From a virus, in IMG/VR virus record IMGVR_UViG_3300025914_000009, positions 1 through 64,000 of that record: a DNA stretch of 64,000 nt; one strand, given 5' to 3'. Position 1 is the stretch's first letter. Each line of letters begins with the position of its first letter. The notes below the pieces were generated by a model. That model was not told where the DNA came from, ran no database searches, and worked only from the letters and a program-made list of their open reading frames with translations. Made by a program: the position numbers and the translations under genes. Shown here in pieces: positions 48,680 through 56,206 of the stretch.

Positions 48680-48752
48680 TTGCCTGAGGTGGGATCGAAC
48701 CACCAGCCTTCTTCGTATCAGGAAGTTGCTCAGACCATTGAGCTACCAGGCA
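48680..48752 (-). tRNA. tRNA-Ile(GAT)
   Basis: Loop CTGATAC; A73. Confidence 0.9.
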
Positions 48753-48844
48753 ATTTGATATAGGGGAAGAGGTGGTTCTTACACAGCCCACCTTCAGAAG
48801 TGTGCTTCTTCCAGGTTTTCACCCTCCCCCACTATATCTTCTAG

Positions 48845-48918
48845 TTGTCCCTAAGGGAGTTGAACCCTTGATCTTCTCATTATGAGTGAGCTGCTCTGAC
48901 CACCTGAGCTAAGGGACG
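48845..48918 (-). tRNA. tRNA-Ile2(CAT), probable lysidine type reading ATA
   Basis: CCCTTAGCTCAG..GGTCAGAGCAG..ACTCATAAT resembles bacterial Ile2; C4-G69 and C5-G68. Confidence 0.75.
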
Positions 48919-48925
48919 ATTTGAG

Positions 48926-48998
48926 CCGAGAGTGGGGGATTCGAACCCCAACCTTCACCTTGACAGGGTGATACTGCAGCCATTACACCACACCCTCG
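48926..48998 (-). tRNA. tRNA-Asp(GTC)
   Basis: TCACC-CTGTCAA-GGTGA; G73. Confidence 0.9.
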
Positions 48999-49087
48999 GA
49001 TTAGCCACATGCCGGACAATTACTTGACTGCTGTTAGAAACCAGCTGGTTTCCATCTTTTTTGTCCGCATGTAGCTTTAATTATTTG

Positions 49088-49161
49088 TACTCCCAGTGGG
49101 AATTGAACCCTACATTTTTACCTTGAAAGGGTAATGTCCTTACCATTTAGACGATGGGAGC
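49088..49161 (-). tRNA. tRNA-Glu(TTC)
   Basis: TTACC-CTTTCAA-GGTAA. Confidence 0.9.
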
Positions 49162-49182
49162 ATAGCTCCTCACCCTCCTTTA

Positions 49183-49395
49183 TTACATTAGCCATCTTAT
49201 CAATAGTTTAGCCTCCATTACTGGAAGAAATTTCGCATCCTGTATGTCCCCCAGGGGAATGGAGAAATTAATGATTCCATCAATAGAACCTGTCCAAAGG
49301 TTAGTCATGTACAGCATCCTTTCTTTATCCACATACAAAAGCTCAGCCTTTGGATTTTTCTTATACAACTCCTTTTTAATTTCATTTAGTTCCAT
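49183..49395 (-). CDS. Hypothetical 70-aa protein inside tRNA operon C (start MELNEIKK)
   Basis: The track start overlaps tRNA-Gly; ATG 49395 lies just 3' of it. Confidence 0.75.
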   Translation of the reverse strand: MELNEIKKELYKKNPKAELLYVDKERMLYMTNLWTGSIDGIINFSIPLGDIQDAKFLPVMEAKLLIRWLM

Positions 49396-49396
49396 G

Positions 49397-49467
49397 AGCA
49401 CCAACAGGGAGTCGAACCCTGCTCTCAGGCTTGGAAGGCTAGTGCATTACCGAAATGCTTCTGGTGC
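49397..49467 (-). tRNA. tRNA-Gly(TCC)
   Basis: Loop CTTCCAA; U73. Confidence 0.88.
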
Positions 49468-49515
49468 ATAGAGGGGGACAGGTTATTTAATCCTTTAAGG
49501 GACTCCCCCAGACCC

Positions 49516-49593
49516 TGGTTGCGGGAGAGGGAATCGAACCCTCGTAGTTCAGCTTATGAGACTGAGCTGGCACCATCTCCAGTCTACCCCGCA
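49516..49593 (-). tRNA. tRNA-Met(CAT), fMet-like acceptor, encoded CCA
   Basis: TGCGGGG...TCCCGCAACCA; loop CTCATAA; lacks the three G-C anticodon-stem pairs. Confidence 0.85.
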
Positions 49594-49841
49594 ATCTTTA
49601 ATTGTTTCTTTTCCTCCTCTGTCAAATCATAATCCTCTTTTACCAAAGTCAAAATTAAGTTAAGTTCCTCAGCAAATCTAATTCTTCCTCTAAAGACTAT
49701 TTCATCAAACCTCTTATTTCTGATAGACACTATACTAAAATCATGAGAGTCATTTTTTAATATAGTTATCTGATAAGAATCATCATGAAACTGCCATGGC
49801 AACCTCTGCTCGAAACCTAGTTCTAACAAGTGCTCTTTCAT
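49584..49841 (-). CDS. Hypothetical 85-aa protein inside tRNA operon C
   Basis: ORF fills the Asn-Met spacer; its stop lies inside the tRNA-Met 5' end. Confidence 0.7.
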   Translation of the reverse strand: MKEHLLELGFEQRLPWQFHDDSYQITILKNDSHDFSIVSIRNKRFDEIVFRGRIRFAEELNLILTLVKEDYDLTEEEKKQLKIAG

Positions 49842-49842
49842 G

Positions 49843-49915
49843 AGGACAGTTTAGGGATCGAACCTAAGACCTAAGAGTTAACAGCTCTTTGCTACTGCCA
49901 CTGAGCTAACTGTCC
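49843..49915 (-). tRNA. tRNA-Asn(GTT)
   Basis: AAGAG-CTGTTAA-CTCTT. Confidence 0.9.
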
Positions 49916-49959
49916 ATTTCCAGTTTTGTACTCCACGCAGATACTGGTAAACTGACCTG

Positions 49960-50031
49960 AGGACTTACAAGGAATCCAACCTTGATAGCTTGCTTAGAAG
50001 GCAAGAGCTCTATGCATTGAGCTATAAGTCC
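49960..50031 (-). tRNA. tRNA-Arg(TCT)
   Basis: CTTGC-CTTCTAA-GCAAG; T-loop TTGGATT. Confidence 0.85.
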
Positions 50032-50034
50032 ATG

Positions 50035-50107
50035 TTGTCCCACTTAGAATCGAACTAAGGTCGCTAGTTTGTAAGACTAGAGCACTCAACCACTGTGCTA
50101 TAGGACA
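50035..50107 (-). tRNA. tRNA-Val(TAC)
   Basis: CTAGT-CTTACAA-ACTAG. Confidence 0.9.
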
Positions 50108-50113
50108 ATCTTG

Positions 50114-50185
50114 TTCCCCTGGAAGGGCTCGAACCTTCAACCTTCTCCTTAAGAGGGAGTAGCTCTACCATTAAGCTACAGAGGA
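50114..50185 (-). tRNA. tRNA-Lys(CTT)
   Basis: Loop CTCTTAA. Confidence 0.9.
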
Positions 50186-50197
50186 ATTTTATCTCTG

Positions 50198-50268
50198 TAC
50201 CCCCACCAAGGATCGAACTTGGTTCCACTGGTTAAAAGCCAGTTACTTCACCATAAAGCTTTGAGGGT
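50198..50268 (-). tRNA. tRNA-Lys(TTT)
   Basis: ACTGG-CTTTTAA-CCAGT. Confidence 0.9.
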
Positions 50269-50274
50269 AATTGT

Positions 50275-50311
50275 AAACAAAAATCCCCAGAGCTTATGGG
50301 CTCCAGGGACT
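50275..50311 (-). terminator. Attenuator terminator of tRNA operon C
   Basis: GTCCCTGGAGC-CCATAA-GCTCTGGGGAT plus TTTTGTTT. Confidence 0.88.
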
Positions 50312-50334
50312 CTTGTTTGCTGTTTATAAACCTG

Positions 50335-50415
50335 TTAATTAGCAGACAGTGGAATCCCTGGAGCAGATTTCTCTGCACCTCTTACAATCCCATTATCCAC
50401 TATTGAGTAAAACAT
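50335..50415 (-). CDS. Leader peptide C, MFYSIVDNGIVRGAEKSAPGIPLSAN
   Basis: 27 codons; codons 5-16 match the downstream tRNAs; A-rich 5' UTR. Confidence 0.85.
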   Translation of the reverse strand: MFYSIVDNGIVRGAEKSAPGIPLSAN

Positions 50416-50438
50416 TGTTTGCTTTTTTAAGATTTTAG

Positions 50439-50470
50439 CAAATATAATACCACTTTTTGACATGGCCAAA
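50439..50470 (-). promoter_or_regulatory. Promoter of tRNA operon C
   Basis: TTTG-N20-TATATTTG. Confidence 0.85.
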
Positions 50471-50478
50471 TAATTCCA

Positions 50479-50898
50479 CTACTTTTTTTCTCCTAGCTCC
50501 CCTGGGGAAGATAGCTGATTAGAGTCACAAATTATACCCAGGACTGGCTGACCTATCTTCCCTGAACTCTGCCTCTTCTCCATAAACTCATCCAGCTTAG
50601 CTTCAAACTTCTTCCTTGGCCAGGTACACACAAACTCTCCATACATATCACTGACCACAATAGTCAGATCAAATCCTCCTTCAGCTACCTCCTCTACCTT
50701 CCTCTCTCTGGAAAATCCATCATGCCACATAAGCTTATGAAGATCTCTGGCAGGTATCCTAACCCAACCAGTAATCCAATCTATTGGCACAGGCTCCTCA
50801 GTAGTATCTTTATCTTCCTGTTCCATAGCCTTCTTAACAGAGAATCCATCATATATCTTCATAGGAAAGCTAAAGAACTCTTCAGTGAATTTACCCAT
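50479..50898 (-). CDS. Hypothetical 139-aa protein, weak LytTR/FlbD-like pattern
   Basis: ORF track; own promoter; VRIPARDL...LTIVVSDMYGEFVCTWPRKKFEAKL. Confidence 0.65.
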   Translation of the reverse strand: MGKFTEEFFSFPMKIYDGFSVKKAMEQEDKDTTEEPVPIDWITGWVRIPARDLHKLMWHDGFSRERKVEEVAEGGFDLTIVVSDMYGEFVCTWPRKKFEAKLDEFMEKRQSSGKIGQPVLGIICDSNQLSSPGELGEKK

Positions 50899-50913
50899 AC
50901 TTTATATTTTATT

Positions 50914-50945
50914 CAAAGGTAATACGTTATAGTGGAATTTCCAAA
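50914..50945 (-). promoter_or_regulatory. Promoter with ACTATAACGTA in its spacer
   Basis: TTTG-N20-TACCTTTG. Confidence 0.75.
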
Positions 50946-51771
50946 TGGTGAATAAGTGAGAGAGACCTGTCAGTACTTATAGTACTTGCCCCTGGGAGTA
51001 CTTGGAAGTTAATAGATTTGAGCCCCCTACTAACGGTAGGTATCAGAAAAACTCGGGGTTTTGTCTCATAGGCTTTTTATATAACCTATTGATATATAAT
51101 TACTTAATCCCAATATCTTCGGTTAACCATGTTTTAAAACTTATGTATATCTATGAGTATGATGGTGACACCATCCCTTGACCCCTTGGCAAAATCGTCG
51201 TGCTGGGGGTATCCCCCCATGACCCCTTGGGGAAAGTGCGATTCAGATTATGTCACATCGCCTTGAAAATCAAGGATTTATGTTTTAAGGAGTCGAACCA
51301 AAGCCAGAGGTTGGGAACCAGTAGTACCAATACAGCGTGAGGAAAGCTCCTTATACATATATATAATGGTATAACCCTAAAACCCCATCAACATGGTACT
51401 AACAGCAGTCATAACAACAGCTTTAATAGTCTCTGCATTCATTTGGAACCACAAGATGAACAGAGCTAAGTGATTGATACACAATGAATTGGGACGGTCA
51501 GAGAGAGTTTGAGTACACTTTACAACTCATAACTCTCTCATTTTCTATTACTTAGTTAACCTGATGAGGAATAGTATACATTATGGCATTTATTACACCA
51601 CTACATATATGTTATCTACTATATTCCCTTAGGGAGGATATAGATAACCTTTTAGAGCTCAATATTAAAATGGTCTTCAAGCAGGGCTAAAATACTGTGA
51701 ATACTACAGAAAACAGTAGTTAGTTGACCTATTTTCGAATTAAATTTCTTCAACAATAAAACATCAAGACA

Positions 51772-52326
51772 ATGGCAGACACAAACACACAAACAACTGA
51801 ACAAGTTGCACAGCCAATGCAACAGGAGCCATCAGCTTTAGAAAGAGCTAAAATGGCTGACACAAGACAAGTTATTACTTTGGATGCTGAAGCAGCTTAT
51901 GATGAGCTTGAGCTATTTGGCACACAACCCGGTGAGTACAGAGAAGATTCACCAGTACAGGGTGAATACTGGAGATTTAAATTCAGAGGAGCAATTTGCA
52001 CTGTATCTCCTGAGTTTAAAGAGGCTTACGACAGTGGTAATCTGTTGAGCATTACAGCATCACCAACAGTATTTACAGTAACTAAAGCTGATCCTAACAA
52101 TGCTGGCAAGAAAATGGAGCAGGTTGGGTATGGTTACAGCCTGAGTTACAGCGATTTAGCCAAGAAACAGAAGGCACAAAAGGCTAAATTAGCTGCTAAA
52201 GAACTGGGCCTGAAAGCACAGGTACAGGAGCTTAAGATGGAGAAGAAGCTGGAGGCAATCAAAGCAGCTGATTTCAAAGTAGTGCTCACTGAAGATGAGA
52301 TGCAGGAGCTAATGGGAGCAATCTAA
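51772..52326 (+). CDS. Early hypothetical protein, 184 aa, coiled-coil C-terminus
   Basis: ORF track; A-rich 5' UTR; downstream hairpin plus T-tract. Confidence 0.8.
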   Translation: MADTNTQTTEQVAQPMQQEPSALERAKMADTRQVITLDAEAAYDELELFGTQPGEYREDSPVQGEYWRFKFRGAICTVSPEFKEAYDSGNLLSITASPTVFTVTKADPNNAGKKMEQVGYGYSLSYSDLAKKQKAQKAKLAAKELGLKAQVQELKMEKKLEAIKAADFKVVLTEDEMQELMGAI

Positions 52327-52421
52327 TTTACATGGAAGAACACAAGGGATAAACTGATGATTCTAACTGGTCGGGGAGCTAAGGCTCTCCGATCTTTTTA
52401 ATTAACTGAAAATCAAGAGTA

Positions 52422-52619
52422 ATGAAGAAAATAGTCATAAAACAGTATAGCAAGAAGCCTTGTGGATCAACAATAGGAGCATTTGAGTATCATTATGGAG
52501 TCAACTATAATGGTAGCTACAACTACTCTATTGTCACAACAGCTGAATCTATAATGTATATGATTGAGGCTTTAAGAAAAGGTAATGAGGTAGAGTTTAT
52601 AGAAGCTAAAGAGCAGTAA
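52422..52619 (+). CDS. Hypothetical protein
   Basis: ORF track; 5' UTR AAATCAAGAG resembles that of the previous gene. Confidence 0.65.
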   Translation: MKKIVIKQYSKKPCGSTIGAFEYHYGVNYNGSYNYSIVTTAESIMYMIEALRKGNEVEFIEAKEQ

Positions 52620-52756
52620 TGCTCTTTTTTCCAGCAGTACCACATAACTGTTTGATATTCAGCAGATTTCATCAACTTAAACCGTTCTTTTTACATCCAT
52701 TTAGCCCCAAAGCACAAAACGTTCTTTTATTAACCATTTAACCCAAGCACAAACAT

Positions 52757-53140
52757 ATGTCATTTCAGATACATGACCTTAAGGGAAGGGCAATACCTAT
52801 AATTGAGCTGGAAAGGGAAGTCTGTGAGTTCTGGAATGTAAAGGAAGATGCAAGGTATTATGCTCATCCTGATATGCTATCACACTACACTAATAGCTGG
52901 TTTGATACTATTGGCTGGGCAATACGCTATCCTGAGAACTATATTAAAGGTTGGAATGATGTCAGATGTACATTATGGACAATACAAGCCAAAAGCCTCT
53001 ATGAGCATTTGTACGACAATGAGAACATGCAAACTCATATAGAGAGAATACAGGTCTTTCTAAAGCCTTATTATGATCTCATAGATCATTGGGAGTCAAA
53101 GGGTTATATTCCAGTAAAGATTGATGATAAAACTACGTAA
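52757..53140 (+). CDS. Hypothetical protein
   Basis: ORF track. Confidence 0.75.
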   Translation: MSFQIHDLKGRAIPIIELEREVCEFWNVKEDARYYAHPDMLSHYTNSWFDTIGWAIRYPENYIKGWNDVRCTLWTIQAKSLYEHLYDNENMQTHIERIQVFLKPYYDLIDHWESKGYIPVKIDDKTT

Positions 53141-53353
53141 TATGAAGCGTAACCTTATGGAATTAGGCTTTGTAATAGTGTTTTCCATAGTATACTGGTT
53201 ATGCGATAAAATGGAAAGGAGAAAATAATGTCAGATCAGAAAGATATAAGTAATGATCCTCTCACAGTGCTCATAGGACTTATCTTTAGGATACTATGGG
53301 CACTATTTATCCTTGCATGGTTAATTAAGGAGTGCAACTAAATACTACATAAT

Positions 53354-53548
53354 ATGCTAAGCGAACAAGATTTGATTAAGATGAGATTCCTCACGCTCCC
53401 CGGAGGATATCCAAGACTATCTATTCAATGCAATACGGTATTAGCTATTTACAGATCAACACTAATAGCAGCCCTGAGGGAATACCCTAGAAAAAGCAAA
53501 GAAAATGCTGCCAGAGCTAAGCTATTGCTATATTATTGCCTAAACTGA
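53354..53548 (+). CDS. Hypothetical protein ending in CLN
   Basis: ORF track. Confidence 0.6.
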   Translation: MLSEQDLIKMRFLTLPGGYPRLSIQCNTVLAIYRSTLIAALREYPRKSKENAARAKLLLYYCLN

Positions 53549-53616
53549 TCCTTTGAAAGGCTTGTACCTTGTGAAAAAGTAAAACACATTGTTAACTCAT
53601 TAAATCCCCTAGAGCA

Positions 53617-54057
53617 ATGACTTACGATGATTTCGAAGAACTACCAGAAGAATTTCTCCAATCAGAGGCAGAACTGAGGAGAGAAAACAAAAGGCTTCTC
53701 AGGCTAATGAAGAAAGCTGAGAAGTGGCACGATAAGGAAATAGATGGATTAAGAGGCCAAATAAGAGAGCTTTTAGAAAAGAACATGGATTTAACCGAAA
53801 CCTGCAATCTGTTTGCCAGAGGTATTGACAGATTAAAGGATGAAAAGCACATTATTACAGAATCACACCACTGGACAAGAAAAGGAGCCAGAGGGCTAAA
53901 AGAAAGAATTGGAGATTTTACAAATGATGGTAAAAGGATAGTCACAATAGTACCAATGTTTACAGATCCCCAAGGGCATACAACTGAAGCTCTGATAGTA
54001 ACTGAGCATATAGAGAAAACCAAACCTAAACCAACAAAACTCTTTAATGACATATGA
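53617..54057 (+). CDS. Coiled-coil hypothetical protein
   Basis: ORF track. Confidence 0.7.
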   Translation: MTYDDFEELPEEFLQSEAELRRENKRLLRLMKKAEKWHDKEIDGLRGQIRELLEKNMDLTETCNLFARGIDRLKDEKHIITESHHWTRKGARGLKERIGDFTNDGKRIVTIVPMFTDPQGHTTEALIVTEHIEKTKPKPTKLFNDI

Positions 54058-54425
54058 CAAAGCAGACTAAAATACTGGCAGCTGCCATATTCATATTATT
54101 AATTATGACAATAGTAGCTGCTTATTTCGCCAAAAAGTCCATAGAGGGCAAGCAAAAGGAATCACAATTCCATCTCAGTGAGGGAACGAGCTTACTGAAT
54201 TTTAATAATAAGACAGTAAGACTTATCTATGTTGATAATTCAAAAGTCCTCACAATATATTTCACAGACAATAGTGTATTCAAAGTGGCTATTGGAGAAA
54301 GAGGGCTGGAATGGATCATAGTAGAAAATCAGATAATTAGAATAAATAAACATAAAAACCCTCAACAATGTTCAGAAAACTATTTGACAGGCTTACAGGG
54401 CATGTACCTGCAACCAGACAAGTAA
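54054..54425 (+). CDS. Membrane-anchored hypothetical protein
   Basis: N-terminal hydrophobic helix. Confidence 0.65.
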   Translation: MTKQTKILAAAIFILLIMTIVAAYFAKKSIEGKQKESQFHLSEGTSLLNFNNKTVRLIYVDNSKVLTIYFTDNSVFKVAIGERGLEWIIVENQIIRINKHKNPQQCSENYLTGLQGMYLQPDK

Positions 54426-54766
54426 TGACAACACACCGGTCACAAGGATATGTACTGGCAGCCAGAATGAGAACTGAAGAAGTTAAGCATGATGAAAAGG
54501 TTCTTGCTGATATAGACTGCGTGAGAATAACCAGTTTATCAGCTGTAGTGGGTGAAATTACCTTCTGTCCTGTATTAAGTATAAAAGTAAAGGAGATAGT
54601 GGAACAGGGAGATGGAAAAGAAATAGTTTCACACGAGCCTGTGGTAAAAGGAGGTCTTTTGGCACCTAAACAAGATGGCACATATAGGCTTAAAAATGTA
54701 CTACTTAAATCCAACGGAGTATTGAGTATCGAAGCTACACCTGCTACAAAATGGCAAAAAGCTTAA
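54368..54766 (+). CDS. Hypothetical protein (start may be 54425)
   Basis: ORF track. Confidence 0.65.
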   Translation: MFRKLFDRLTGHVPATRQVMTTHRSQGYVLAARMRTEEVKHDEKVLADIDCVRITSLSAVVGEITFCPVLSIKVKEIVEQGDGKEIVSHEPVVKGGLLAPKQDGTYRLKNVLLKSNGVLSIEATPATKWQKA

Positions 54767-55190
54767 ACGAGCAACCAAACAGCTATGTCCGAAGCAGACT
54801 ACCGCAAAATAGACCTGTAGCGACTAATTGAATCGCAAATGCAGACGAGAATTCTTAACATGGGCCCAATGTAAACCTCGCTCAAAAAGCAGGATAACAG
54901 ATTGGCAAAATGTTATAATTCCAAGTGTCTTGAGTGGTAGTTTGTTAGGACGTATTACAAAAGAAATTAATGTACCATTCCCAGAGGTATAACCAAACCT
55001 CCTAAATGAAAGGATCATTTAGCTTCCCAAGGGTGGGCTAAAGTAATTGGAAGACTACAATCTTCGCACAGACAATTACTTGAAGGGTACAGAGGGATTT
55101 CTGAGTGTTTATTTTTTCCATTCCTCTAGTGGCCCTACTATTGCTCAAGGGGGTAGGGTCACTTTTTCTCTGCTATCAAATCACAACAAT

Positions 55191-55361
55191 ATGAAGCAGA
55201 CACATTTTATTAGCAAAGAAGAGATCTTCACCATTGAGTTATCAGCATCCCTGCAGTATTGGCTAATAGTGCTAATGATGGACAAAGGGATATGGTATGC
55301 AAAATCCTTTACTGCTGACCAGAAAGGAATACATGGTGATTTTTACGACGAGAGATTTTAA
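55191..55361 (+). CDS. Small hypothetical protein (MKQTHFISK...)
   Basis: ATG with A-rich UTR inside track ORF 55047-55361. Confidence 0.5.
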   Translation: MKQTHFISKEEIFTIELSASLQYWLIVLMMDKGIWYAKSFTADQKGIHGDFYDERF

Positions 55362-55576
55362 ACCACATATTATGGGATTAATTTTGTTCTTATCTATTCT
55401 CGTTGGACTTGTACTATTCAAGAAATGGCTTGATAAGATCTCCAAATGGTAAAATATTTTAAGGGTATCAGAGACCACTCGTTAAAAACCTGGGTAGCCT
55501 GATTTGTCTTAGGTAAGTCTGCCGACCTCCCTCTAGTTGAAGAGGGCTACCCTTTTTCTGAGGAAAATTATATAAA

Positions 55577-55912
55577 ATGAGAATAACAAGAACTAACCAA
55601 GTCACAGGTAGAACACACCAGTTGGATCTTGCAATAACTAAACATGACCTGTTAAAATGGATATGTGGAGAGCTTATCTTATCCCCGGGGGATGGAGAAT
55701 TTCTGACCTCTGGGATGCTTAGCCATGAGCTTGACAGCATAATTGCAGAATGGGAAATAGCAGAATATGCCCTTGAAGAAGAAGAAATTGAAGGTATAAT
55801 ACTATTAGACCCTGAGCAAGTTGAAGAGGTATTAAAACTTATTGCAGCATATAAGCCTGAAAGGCCCGTAAGAGTCTACAAATGTCTCTCATGTGACGAG
55901 AGATTAGTTTAG
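55577..55912 (+). CDS. Hypothetical protein
   Basis: ORF track. Confidence 0.65.
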   Translation: MRITRTNQVTGRTHQLDLAITKHDLLKWICGELILSPGDGEFLTSGMLSHELDSIIAEWEIAEYALEEEEIEGIILLDPEQVEEVLKLIAAYKPERPVRVYKCLSCDERLV

Positions 55913-56206
55913 GGTTTGGATCATCTACTGTCCAGGTGTTTCTACACCTGGTTCTAAATTATTTCAGAGTGATCCTCTGAGAAACGCCAGTCCCTTTTTA
56001 GCCTTAGGGGGAAGTAGAGCTTAGTCAGAGGCTGATTTTGCTCACTTTGTGGGATTACACTCAACCCCTGAGGGGCTGGCAATGAACGCTTTACCAGTCA
56101 TCAGCATTCTGAGTCACTTGAAATTAAAGGGTTAGGAGGCACAGATGAAAGGGGTACTATTTATCCTGGATGACTGGTATTTTTAAACATTAACAATTTA
56201 AACTCC

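Noticed and set aside
47013-48791. Track ORFs overlapping the tRNA array (47013, 47246, 47482, 47860, 48573)
   Set aside because: They are incidental frames across tRNA genes.
48845-48918. Initiator tRNA-fMet call based on the C1:A72 mismatch
   Set aside because: It lacks the three G-C anticodon-stem pairs, its body resembles Ile2, and leader C contains ATA. Not fully excluded.
47717-50470. T-box riboswitches as the tRNA-sensing mechanism
   Set aside because: No T-box UGGNACC bulge or Stem I specifier is visible. The leaders are short and contain open frames with matching codons.
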